From: Chiloscyllium plagiosum
Lineage: Eukaryota
Assembly: GCF_004010195.1 (NCBI RefSeq)
Contig: NC_057718.1
Coordinates: 40,192,101 to 40,256,100, forward strand
DNA: 64,000 nt
Direction: 5' to 3'
The notes under the pieces were generated by a model. The model was not told the origin of the DNA, did no database searches, and saw only the letters and a list, made by a program, of their open reading frames with translations. Positions 1 to 12,113 of the stretch are shown here, piece by piece. Each line of letters opens with the position of its first letter. The first letter of the stretch is position 1. A program made the position numbers and the translations under genes.

Positions 1-2479
1 TCTGAACATATTACAAAACCTTTGTATAAAATAGCACTGATCAAGTAGTAGAAAACGTAATAGTATTTGACAAATGGAAAGTGTCACAATTAATCAAAGT
101 CTGCATCTCCCTCCAGCCTATCAGTTGATTTAAAATATTACTAACCCAGGACTCTCTCTCACAAGTGTTGAATATGACTTTGAATGTTATACCAATCTTT
201 ACTATGGACAAAACTCGGAGGAAACAATAAATCATTCTGGGTCAGTGAAATGGCTGATCCTTTGGTCCTCAAAACTTACAACTGACTTTCCACTGTGAGT
301 AAATTAATTGACATAGATCAATCATTTACAAGAATGATACCAGGAATAAGAGATTTTAGATACAAAAAAGTAGAGAAATTGGCTTACTGACCTTGGAGCA
401 GAGAAGATTAAGAAGTGACCTTACTGAAGTGCTCAAAATTATGAACAAAGACACAGAAAAAAAATCTTGTATGCACTTGTTCAATATTTTAAACAACCAA
501 AACAGATAAATATAACATATTAAAAGATATAAACCACAAAGCCTGTACACACGTCTTGCTCTCTCTTCAATAAGATTAAATTATTTAATTTGAGAAATTA
601 CTTCATACCACCAACAGCACCTTCCTAAACCACAATTTCTAAAATCTTGAAAAACAAAGACAGCAGACATATGGGAACACCAACACCTGCAAGTTTATTT
701 ACAAGTTATGTACCATCCTTACTTGGAATTACTCCATTCTTTCACTAAGTCAAAATCTTCAAACTCCTTTCTTAATAGCATGGTGGCTGTGCCTACACCA
801 GATACATTGCAGGGACTGAGGCACCATGCTCTCAAGGGCAATGAGGAATGGGCAACAAAATACTTGTGTGAAGTGCACACCCCGTCAAAGAACCTTTGTA
901 AAATTGAAAGAAGGGTCATAAAGGAGATGGGGATGGTGGGGTGGGGGTTTACAGAGAGAGGGATTTCCAAAACATCAAACAGCTAAATGAGATTATAACA
1001 CTGGAGTGTTTAAGAAGGTAGGAAGCAGTGAGGCCAAAGACTTCAAATACAGGGTGAAGAAAATGAAGTTTCAGAGCTGACAGCTAAGGTACATAGTGAG
1101 GACCACAGTAATAAGCCAGCAACATGTGGGATAGAAGATAGAGTCAACACAGTGAGGTTGAAGGACTGGGAAGTGGGTATGAGAAGTATCTTTGTAGGGA
1201 GATTTATTAAAAAAAGACAAAAGTGGGACTGAGGTTGTGGTGGGGTAGCATGGGCAGAACATTAGCATTAAGAGGAAGCAGCAAAGCTAGCCTAACAGAT
1301 CAACATTACCTTGATAGCAAAATTGTGTTTCTTGCACTTTTTGTCAGAAGGGAGGTTTAAGAAAGTTTCTGACATTGGAGGAAATAGACTATAGATTATC
1401 TTTACTCCCCAAGTGATCCTGATGTAGTGGGTAATTTTGGAAGAGGCTGAAAGCAAGTAAATTTGCCTTGGCGCAGCCAGATGTGGCAATGGGTTACCAA
1501 CGCAATAAAAACATTACATTTATTCAAGTTTACACCACTTGGACTTCAAAGAGCAAAGATGGAGTTGAAGGAGTGGAATGAGTAAGATGGGGGAAACAGC
1601 AAAGATTTTGATTGGGATAACAGAATGGCAAGAAATAGCCAAGCAAATGAACAGCTTTGAATTATCATAGTATGTGATAGGCCAAAGGCTAGAAGTTATG
1701 AGTTTTGAAACTCAAATATAAGTAGCTGGATTGAGGAGCAAACTTCCTTTTTGTAAACAAAGGGCAAATATAAAGGATGTGTGCTGTAAAGGTACAAGTA
1801 GAGGTAGTAAGAGATACAAAGAATGGTCAGAAATAGTCTTAACCAAACATCTTAACCAACCATGGAGAGTACAGAAATGCATCAGTAGATGTTTTTCAAG
1901 TTGGATGTGCAAGTGTTGGAATGTGGTAGTTTGTGGAGTAGTGTACTAAACAAAGTGAGCCACTAGCAACGACAGCAAGCTTTCAGATTATGAAAAAAAT
2001 TGTGTCATGGAAGAGATTAACTTTGAGATGATACACTGGCAACAACAATTGACTGTGAGGGACAGCACGTGAGATGGTGTAGCTAACAACTAAGGTATTA
2101 AACTAGATGGTGTAAAGCTGGAAGGAAGATTTCATATAAGCTCCCCAGCAGTCTCCTCTCCAGATACTCAGCAATGGCCAAGAGTTCCACCCTCAACTCT
2201 GTGGGAGTTCAAGCCGAGAAAGGTAAAGCAGCACCTGGGTAGGACACATGCAGCATGTCTGGGCCCTCTAGCCACAAACACACTCTGCCCAAAACTCTAA
2301 GGCCTATAAGGTTCCATTATAGGGAACACTCCTTCCACCTCTTCTGCAGGCACGTAGATGCTGGGGGTGGGGGGGGGGGGGGGGGAATGGGGGTGGGTGG
2401 GAGGGATCAACCATTAAGCTGCACTTGCAGCTGGGATAATACAGAAGATGCTGGTTTTAGCGACACTTCATCATTCACA

Positions 2480-4935
2480 GTCAGTGAGAAATTATTTCAC
2501 GCAACTATACTATTTCTATTTGCCTGTGTTTGGCCCCATCCCTCCAAACATTTTTAATCCATGCATCTGCCCAAACTCTTTTAAATGTTTTTGCCTCCAC
2601 CACTTCCACTAGCAGCTCATTCCACCCTCTGTGTTAAAAAGTCACCTATCAGATCAGACCTCTTAAATCTTTCCCCTCTCACCTTAAACCTACGCCCTCT
2701 GGTTTTGGACTCCTCTGCCTGGGGAAAAGACCTTGGTTATTCACTTTATCTATGCACATCATGATTTTATAAACTTCTATAAGTTTGCCCTTCAGCCTCC
2801 TACACTCCACGGAAAAAAGTCCCAGCCTATCTAGTTTGTCCTAATAACTCAAATCCTCCAGTCTTAGTAACATCCTTGTAAATCTTTGTTGTACCCTTTC
2901 CAGTTTAATAACATCCCTCCTACAGCAAGGTGACCAAAACTGTTGACAGTACTTCCAAATGTGGCCTGACCAACGTCTTGTACAACCACAACTTGACCTC
3001 TGAAATCCTGTACTCGATTCTCTGACTGATGAAGGCAAGCGTGCCAAACACCACCTTCACCCCCGTCTACTTTCAAGGAACTATGTACCTGCAGCCCTGG
3101 GTCTCTCTACTTGACAGCATTCCTCAGAGCCCTACTGTCAAGTGTGGAAGTCCTGCCCTTTCTGATTAGATTAGATTCCCTACAGTATGGAAATAGGTCC
3201 TTCGGCCCAACAAGTCCACATCGACCCTCACAGAGTAAACCACCCAGACCCATTCCCCTACATTTACTCCTGATTAATGCACCTATCACTATAGGCAATT
3301 TAGCATGGCTAATTCACCTAACCTGCACATCTTTGGACTGTGGGAGGAAATCGGAGAATCTGGAGGAAACCCACTCAGACACGGGGAGAATGTGCAAACT
3401 CCACACAGACAGTCGCCAGAGGCTGGAATCGAACTAGGGTCCCTGGCGCTGTGAGGCAGCTGTGCTAACCACTGAGCCACCATGCCACCCCCTTTTTTTT
3501 CTAATATTAAGAAAGGACATTAAAGTGTTTGTCTTACCAAAATACGACACCTCACATTTATCTAAATTAAATTTCATCTGCCATCCCTCAGCATCAAGAT
3601 TCCATTGTACTCTTAGATAATCTTCTTCACTGTCCACTGCAGCACTAATTTTGGTGTCATTGGCAAACTTACTAATCATATCTCTTATTTTCTCATCCAA
3701 ATTGTTTATGTAAATGACAAACAACAATGGACCCAGCAACGATCCTGGCGGCATACCACTGGTCACAGGCCTCCAGTCCAAACAACAACTTTCTACCACT
3801 ACTCTGTCTCCTACGATTAAGCCAATTTTGAATCTAACTTGCCAGTTCTCCCCAGATTTAACCTACTAACCAGCCTACTATGCGGAACCTTGTTGAAGGT
3901 CTTGTCCATGTAAGACAATGTCTATCTCTCTCCCTTCTATCTTCTTGGTCATCTGTTCAAAGAACTCAATGAATTATGAAAGACAAGATTTCTTATACAC
4001 AAAACCATGCTGACTATTCCTGATTAGTGCTTGCCTTTCCAAGTGCATGTAAATCCGGTTTCTCAGAATTCACTCCAGCAACTTGCTGATCCCCAATGTG
4101 AGGCTCACCAGTCTATAGTTCCCTGGCTTTTCTTTGCAGTCATTCTTAAATGGAATAGTGTAGGTGGGATGGGCTTCAGATTAGTGTGACAGGGTGGCGC
4201 AATATCGAGGGCCGAAGGGCCTATACTGCGCTTTAATGTTCTATGTTAAATAATAGCACCACATTAGCCACCCCCCAGTTTTATGGCACTTCATCCATAG
4301 CTGTCGATGAAACAGATATCTCTGCTTCAGGCCACACAATTTCTGCCCTGGTTCCCACAATGTCCTGGGACACACTTGATCAGGCCCTTGGGATTTATCT
4401 ACCTTTTTGCATTTTAAGACCTCCAGCCCCTTCTCTTCTGTAATGTGGACTCTTCAAGATATCGCTGTTTTTCCCAAGTTCCCTAGTTTCCACGTCTTTC
4501 TCCATAGGAAATACTGATACAAAATATTCGTTTAGGATCCCACCCATCTCCTGTGGTTCCACACATAGACAACCCCATTTATCTTTAAGGGGGCCCTATT
4601 CTCTCCTTAGTTACTCTTTGTACTTGGAGAATTCATTGGATTCTCCTTAAGCTTATTTACCAAAGCTATCTCATGTCCCCTTTTCGCTCTCCTGATTACC
4701 CTCTTAAATGTACCTATACACGACTATACTCAAGAGTTTCGCTTGAACCCAGCTGTCTATAACCTGACATATGCCGCCTCCTTTTTCTTGACCGAAGCCT
4801 CAATATCACACCCAGTGTTGCCTACTCTTGCTCTTCATACTAACAAGAACATGCTGTCCCTGAACTAGTTATCTTGCTTTTGAAAGTCTCCCACCTGCCA
4901 GATGCCTTTACCTGCAAACAGCCTCACCCAATCAA
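2480..4935 (-). mobile_element. Degenerate CR1-clade LINE ORF2 (RT) and 3' end, interrupted by a SINE
   Basis: SGMPPGSLLGPLLFVIYINNLD...SKFANDTK, QFWSP, LERVQQRFTRM; stops and frameshifts; boundaries approximate. Confidence 0.85.
3164..3490 (-). mobile_element. tRNA-derived SINE (HE1-like shark SINE) inserted in a CR1
   Basis: Minus-strand head GGTGGCTCAGTGGTTAGCAC (box A) and AGTTCGATTCC (box B); CR1-like 3' tail ending in TCTAA repeats. Confidence 0.85.
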
Positions 4936-6780
4936 TTTAACATTTAATAAGAACAATCAGATGATTCAGAGCAACCAGTCTAAGCACCAAGCTCGTGCCC
5001 CAGCTTATTGGCTGCTGTCACCTCTTGGATTTATATGTGGGCTCTGTTCCAGCTCCCACCTCAGTGGGGGAATAAAGCCAAGCTCAGTTTGTGAATCATC
5101 TGTGGGAGCTGTCAAAGCTGTCCTGTAGGTCAAGGAAGGAGGTGACTGTCAAGCTTCAAAGTTGCTGGTCTGCTGTGGGAATGGAGGGCAACCTCCATCA
5201 TGTCCAGGTGGTTCCTGAATTGGTGGCAGTTTATCGAGGGGATGCTGTCAGGTGGACAGAGCTCTGGCTGGTGGTCTTGGGTGTGGTGGGTGGAGGCGCC
5301 CCTGATGCAGCTTTCTGGCAGTGCTGTAACATCAGGAAAGGCCACAGGTTGAAAAGGGAGAGATTGTGCCAAAATGGCATCAATAGAGTCAGGTATTGTA
5401 AGTCACTGCCATAAATAATATTAACCTTAAACTTGTGAAGCTCGAGATTTCCAGTCTTAATTACCTCATGACGATAAAATGATATAACATTATAAGTTCA
5501 GAATATCTGTACAGTACAGTATAAATTGCAAATGATCTACTATACTGGCCTCAACATGCACCACATATTGCAATGAAAATAAAAAGAAAATATGTACCGA
5601 TTGATCAGAGTATTTTTAAAAAATCAGATAATTTAGCAAAAGAGTTTCATAGTTCACATACATTCAAATTATCAGACTAAAATGTTAAGTTTTAAAATGA
5701 TGTATGGCTATGAAGTCTAATTGGTGCTAGGCAGGGCCATAAAAGAGGAAAGACAACAATTTAACTCTGCCACCCTCAAACAAAAAAAATCTCAAGTCAA
5801 ATTTAATGTGTACTATGAACTGTGGTGTCAGATTACAATATGAAATGATATTGCGATTGAATATTAACCAAATGTTTCAAAATGGTGTGCTGAAACAATT
5901 TAATACTTTTCAATGGTGCTTTTTCTGTTTGCAGGGGTCCTTTCTGGAATGTTGACAGGTTTTAAATTTCCACACGTTGACTTTTGGGTAATTTTTATGA
6001 TATTTTTGATAGATCTAGTGCGATGTCATTTACTCCTCTTTAGATGCCTGTAAGATAATCATTTAAGCTAACTATGTCTGTGCTCCTTTCCTTTTATATT
6101 CAATCAAGCTATCTAGCAAATAACTTTTGCGTAATTTACAAGGAAGTTGCACAGGATTTCCTTTCAATAGTTTGCACAGCAGTTTGAAATTTTACAGTTC
6201 CTCTTGTAATGCGTATGAGACCATCACCTCTTCAGATTACTAACCTTTTTTAAAATTTCCTTAGTCAGGAGCTGGTCCAAAGGTAGAGTCCACCAACAGT
6301 CACTACCGTGTTCTTTCAACAGTTTGATAAGATGATTCCCTGTGTATCTGTGTGGGAAGTTACACCTGATTAGACAATTCATAGTCATATTGACAAACAA
6401 CAGTGAAGTTCAGTTCTTAAAATAAGCATTCCATGATTTCCAATATCAGTGGTCTGTCTTTCCTTTTTGGGGGTGAAGAGGGAGATTAGACTAGATATAA
6501 CAAAGTAGTTTATAAAAATGACCACAATGCAATGCATTTGTAATAAATTCTGTATGAAAGCAATAGCTACTTAAACTCTGATGATTAAAGTCACTATTTC
6601 TCAGCAAACGATGAAAAAACTCACAGCGTCCGTCATTTCCTGATAAAAAGCAGCTGTATTTATAAAAGTCAAGCTGCAACTCCTTAAAACACTGTGGATG
6701 ATGTTTTAATATATTAAATTTTAAAAAATACTAATAAAAACAAAGAAGCAGAAAAAATCTTGGCATGTCTAGCAATATTG

Positions 6781-7292
6781 TCATACAGCACAGAAACAGA
6801 TCCTTCTGTCCAACTTGTCTATGCTGACCAAGTTTCCCAAACTAAACTAGCCTCACTTGCCTGTATTTGACCCATATCACATCTAATCCTTTCTTATTCA
6901 TGTACTTGTCCAGATGTCTTTTAGGTGCCTGTAACTGCATCTACCACTTCCCCTGGCAATTCATTCTAAACTGGAGCAGGAAAATCATTCCTGATGAAGG
7001 GCTTTTACCCAAAACATTGATTTTCCTGCTCATCGAATGCTGCCTGACCTGCTGTGCTTTTCCAGCACCATTCTAATCTAGACTCTGGTTTCCAGCATCT
7101 GCAGTTCTTGTTTTTACCTAATTCATTCCACACTCGAATCAACCAGTGTGTGAAAAAGATCCCTCTCAAGTCCCTTTTAAATCTTAATCCCCTCACCTTA
7201 AAAATATGCCCTCTAGTTTTGAACTCCCCTACCCTCCATTCCCTGTATCTAAGCCCCTCATGATTTTGCAAATCTTTGGAGAGAAAACAACA
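6781..7292 (-). mobile_element. CR1 3' fragment split by a Penelope-like insertion
   Basis: KTRGHIFKVRGLRFKRDLRGIFFTHWLIRVWNEL. Confidence 0.75.
6967..7119 (+). mobile_element. Penelope-like terminal remnant with decayed hammerhead, inserted in a CR1 3' fragment
   Basis: CATTC-CTGATGA-A-GGGC-TTTT-ACCC-AAAAC; 9-bp TSD AATTCATTC (6958-6966, 7120-7128). Confidence 0.72.
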
Positions 7293-7318
7293 GTTAATGC
7301 TTGGGATCCAATGGGACT

Positions 7319-7981
7319 GTTGTGGTTCTGTTCGCCGAGCTGGGAACTTGTGTTGCAGACGTTTCCTCCCCTGTCTAGGTGATATCCTCAGTGCTTGGGA
7401 TGTCATGTTGCTTGTCATCTGCGTGTGTGGCTACTAAGGATAGCTGGTCGTGTCGTTTCGTGGCTAGTTGGTGTTCATTGCTGTGGATCGTTAGCTGTCT
7501 TCCTGTTTGTCCTATGTAGTGTCCCAGTCCTTGCATGGGATTTTGTACACTACATTGGTTTTGCTCATGCTGGGTATCGGGTATCGACACGACCAGCTAT
7601 CCTTAGTAGCCACACACGCAGATGACAAGCAACATGAGTTCAACTGGGACAACACTACTATTATAGGACAAGCCAAACAGAGAACAGCCAGGGAATTCCT
7701 AGAGGCATGGCACTCATCCACAGATTCAATCAATAAGCACATCGACCTGGACCCAATATACCGACCACTGCAACGGACAGCTGGAACTGACAACCAGAAG
7801 CGGCAGAGACAAACCACTGTAAATGCCGAAGGAAACATCACAGAAGCGCTTCACAGGAGGCTCCCAAGCACTGAAGATGTCACCTAGACAGGGAACGAAA
7901 TGTCTGCAACACAAATTCCCAGCTCGGTGAACAGAACCACAATGAGCACCCAAGCTACAAATCTTCTCACAAACTTGGAAC
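7319..7981. mobile_element. Penelope-like element fragment: GIY-YIG endonuclease C-terminus with inverted 5' part and two hammerhead-bearing termini
   Basis: Minus strand SKTNVVYKIPCKD / HYIGQTGRQL; plus strand RHDQLSLVATH...REFLEAWHS; 7319-7400 is the reverse complement of 7862-7942; TSD ATCCAATG(G/T)GACT (7306-7318, 7982-7994); hammerhead-like motifs at 7355-7394(-) and 7868-7907(+). Confidence 0.88.
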
Positions 7982-10574
7982 ATCCAATGTGACTCTCTAG
8001 AACTGTTCCAAAGGAGAGTCATATTGGATTCAAAATGTTAATGTTGATTCTCTCCCCACAGAAGTTGCTAGGCTGGAGTAGTTTTTTACTCTTATTTAAA
8101 TTTTAGTGAATGATTGCTGAATTGATTGAAATATAGGGCCGATTTTAACTATCTGTAAGTGAATACACTTTGAGTTTAAATATCACCTATAGTGTTATTT
8201 TGGTGAGTTTTGCCAGCACTGTTTTTTTTATTTCAGATTTCCAGAGTCTGCAGTATTTTATTTTTATTTGTTTCTTCGTTTTCAATGCAATAAGATAAGT
8301 AATGGAATGAGAGAGAAACAAATATACATTTTACTTAATAATGTATTTAAAGCATTGCCCTGAATGTGATTAACATTAACTACACACTAAAACAGGAACA
8401 CAAAATAAATCAAAAGGAGAAGAATATTGTTCTTCTGACCAAGAATGATTTTTCCACTCCTTCCAAATTCCCTTGCATAAAATGCCCCTTTGCTTCCTCA
8501 ATTTTAAGGTTAACAAAAAGTGGCGTAACTTTGTATACCTCAAGGCATGAAAGTCAATCATTACAAATAAAGTTTTTAAGGACATTTAAACCGCTTGTGA
8601 CTATATCAATGAGAAAATAAAGCCATCTATAAGCCCACAGTAATGACATAACTTCATAACATGGATGTACATCTTATTTCTGAAACAACTGCATTATTTC
8701 ATTCACTGACAAATGTGTAGTCATGACCCTCCTCTATCGGCTGCTCAATTTCTCTTTCGATTTTGCCCCCTTTCCCTCCATCTGAATAGCTGCCTAACTA
8801 GCCAAAATAGTAAAAGTTACAAATATTTATTTTGTTGTATTTATTTAATTCTACACCTGTAATTGTTTTCAAATTTATTCATTTGAAAGGAAAAACTAGC
8901 TACTTTCACTGTGAAAAATCCACTTACTTTTCAGTTTGGTCAATCATGTAACAATTTACTGAAATGGAATTACATATCAAAGATATTATTTCAAATGACT
9001 CTCTTTGAAATATTTGAAACTCATGCTAGCTACACTGGGTATACAAAGTAACTTTATTAAATATTTGCAGTCTGGGTAATCATTAACTCACATTTATTAA
9101 CTTCACATCAGCCAAGGTCCATAGTACTTTTTAAAGAAAATACAAAAGTGAAATTTATTTTCCACTGCTTTCCATTTGATGCAAAATCTCCAAGCAATGT
9201 TTGCAGCTAAAGAAGAAATACAGCTGTATTGTATTTTCTCACTTCTCAGAATGAGGGCATCAGTGGAAAGCCCAGCAATTGTTGTCCATCCCTAGCAGAG
9301 ATGAGTGATTCGGTATAATTTGCAAGAAGGTTGGGACGGCAGCCATGGATCAACCACGATAGTCAAATAAAGGCCAGGTGAGGCAAAAACAAGTTTTATT
9401 CCTTACATTAGAGAATATGTTTTTTTAAATGACAAACAACAACTTCATGGTCACTTTTACTGATGTCAGCTACTTTATTTCCTGATTTCTTTTCAAATTA
9501 AGTTCAAAATCTCAGCCTGCTATGGTAAGATTTAAGTTCGTGCCCTCTGAAGTATGGACACTAAGTTTTGAAGTAAATTTTCTTTAAATGCAAGATGTAT
9601 TATTAGAGTTCAATTGACTAGATATTGTCACAATGTTGATAAAATCAGTTTGTAGCAGGTAAGGAGTCTGTTGCATAAGCATTTAAGTGCTTATACATCC
9701 ATTGTTTAAAAGCAGTCATGATAATGTAACTGCACTATAAAACTTGAAAGCAGTGTTTTGACTCTTAGCACAAATATTCCAAACCAAAGTTTTACAAAGC
9801 TGCAAAACCATGAAAGATAAACTATTGAAATGTATTAGAACTGATACAGCACACACTTCAGCAAAATGCAAGTTTATGTAGCCAAAAAATTAATCTTTTT
9901 GATTTAAGCAAAGAGCTGATCAGAAAAAAACACGGCTGTACGGGCACAGATCTAGGCGGAGTTCTAGCATTACATGACTTGCACTTGGTTTCAACAGCAA
10001 AGTGAATGATGTAATGCAGCGACCATGACACCAGCCAATGAGTTTATAGATTGATATTGACTGAGCAGAATGCTTATCTACTCTGGTAGAAACATTGCTG
10101 CAATAAACTGATGACTTGCAGATGGAAGTTGGAAGTAAAGTACTTATGGCCTTCCTCATGAATATCTTTTAAGGACCAAGAGTAGATCCAGACAGACAAG
10201 ATAAATTTTCAACAACGACGTGCTGCTTCTTCCTCCCCTGTTAAAGTGGATACACTAGTCACTAAGCAATCCGTTCTTCTGAAACAAGTAAGTTCTGTGA
10301 AAATTTCAAAGAACTGATCTTATTGCATGTGACAAGTATTTCATTTGTATATATTGAAAGAGAATGATTTCCAATGAATTTGAGGGTAAGCCTGTATTTC
10401 TAAATTCAAGAGATGTGTGAAGATCCCAGTATATACTATGGTCAGACTGTAAGTTACTTTTCAGATACCGCTGCTAACTATAGAACAAAAAAATACTTCT
10501 TCAACATTTCTTTGATTGTAAGGATTCTTTGCCTTACCTATTAAAAACAAATATATCATATAATAGTTCTAATA

Positions 10575-10790
10575 ATAAGTAAAGTTGCCACAGTCCTACC
10601 AGACAATAGGGTTGCCCTTTCAATAGAGAGAGACGATTGGTGCTACTTTAACCTGAGGTTCACCACACCTCAGGCAAGGGGAGAGGTTGAGAAGAGCACT
10701 TCATGGTAACCTCAGCCATGTGAAAATTGAACCCATGTTAGTGAAATTACTTTGCACCACAAACTGGCCAGCCATCTACTGAGCTAATCA
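10575..10790 (-). mobile_element. Second tRNA-derived SINE family (another copy at 47546-47735, plus strand)
   Basis: TTAGCTCAGT box A, GGGTTCAATT box B, and shared TGAGGTTAC(C/T)ATGAA body in both copies. Confidence 0.6.
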
Positions 10791-11858
10791 CCATTATAAT
10801 AATGGTGCTTCATAAAATAGAAAAAAAACTGCGTTGATGTACGTACTACTAGTTTTAATTTTACCATAACATATTAAAACTCCCAAATGCCAGTAAGAAA
10901 AGTTAAAGGGTTGATGATGTGTTAGATTAATTGCATTTTAATGGTATCACTTATATACCCTTTTATAGAAGAATTCATTGATTTCATTATACATATCCTG
11001 GCATGTATCAAGCTAAAAAATAGCTCAACAAACACTTCGTTCGAAACATCATGTGCATTGTTTGATCACGTAGGGCTTAAAATTCCCTCCCATGATTGTA
11101 ACACATTATCATGGAATGTGTTATTCTAAAGAATTAATTTTACTCCTTAGTTTGTTTAAGTAAAAATCTAGTTACTATTTGAAGAAACAGCTCAACTCAC
11201 TACCAGCAAATTCTTGAATCTCTTATCAAAGATTGGTACTGTTATATCAATCAGCTAACAATGCTTGTCCCTCTCTTGTTCCAGTTTTCACAGCTTAGTA
11301 TCAAACTTGGCTTTTAATGTCCCTGAAATATGAATCACCACATCCAGACTGTAGGAACTTTCATCACCATTGACGCAAATTTCTTTCTGGGATCTATTTC
11401 ATTTATTTTGCTGAACTGTTTTTACATTTGAACTTGGGTCTGATTATCTGACATTATAGTCATATTTAAGACTTACTATCTGTGAAAAAGATGTGGCTGT
11501 ATAATTTTATTTTCTCTGGGGTCTCAATTGAGATTCTTATTCAAAAAAGTTTCTCCTATTACTCCAAGTCATTCAGGATGCCATCCAAACATGTTAAAAC
11601 CAAATGTGTGATGGACAGTCAAATGAAAAGGCTAACAACTTTGCAAAGTATTCTTGTCCCTTTTATCAATGACTTGTTACAAATTACCATTTTCTACAAA
11701 TAAATATGTATGATAAATGATAATCTGTTTTAAACTGTTGATAACACTGTGTTTCTGTCATAGTTCAGCTTCAACAACAAAAGGAACAAATTCTTTGTCA
11801 TGATTGTGGAAGATTAAATTCACCTTGAAAAAAACTTTTAGGAAAACAAGAGAACAGC

Positions 11859-11938
11859 AGTGTGCATCAGGTGTAACAGCAACTCCATTTGGACGGAACT
11901 GGCTTCCAGTGGAGCTGCTGTTACTTTCGATGGGCACT
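11859..11938 (+). ncRNA. MIR194: pre-miR-194 hairpin; mature 5p 11872-11893, star about 11906-11927
   Basis: TGTAACAGCAACTCCATTTGGA differs by 1 nt from canonical UGUAACAGCAACUCCAUGUGGA; complementary arm CCAGTGGAGCTGCTGTTACTTT; basal stem AGTGTGCATC/GATGGGCACT. Confidence 0.95.
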
Positions 11939-12027
11939 AACATATCAAGGATCCCTTCCCTATTGAAGACACACTGTTTCTAGTCATTAACTGACCTAAT
12001 AATGTTGTTGATTTTCTATGAGGTTCA

Positions 12028-12113
12028 GGTGTACAGGAGTATGACCTATGAATTGACAGCCAGTGCAATTACAGATTTGCCTGTCAGTTCTATAGGCCAC
12101 TATCCTGTCCACT
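12028..12113 (+). ncRNA. MIR192/MIR215: pre-miR-192/215 family hairpin; mature 5p 12041-12061, star about 12080-12101
   Basis: ATGACCTATGAATTGACAGCC; complementary arm CCTGTCAGTTCTATAGGCCACT; basal stem GTGTACAGGA/TCCTGTCCAC; 90 nt downstream of miR-194. Confidence 0.95.

Noticed and set aside
900..2100. Purine-rich stretch, similar in character to 60200-61040
   Set aside because: Probably ancient minus-strand L2-type LINE debris; no motif clear enough to support a feature.
3400..3490. tRNA-like sequence (also near 17400, 48600, 53270, 59000)
   Set aside because: SINE heads with box A/B joined to a SINE body; no complete cloverleaf.
4970..5414. GC-richer segment with several short ORFs
   Set aside because: Minus strand has a decayed LLDL..AFD-like RT motif; probably an old LINE fragment, too degraded to call.
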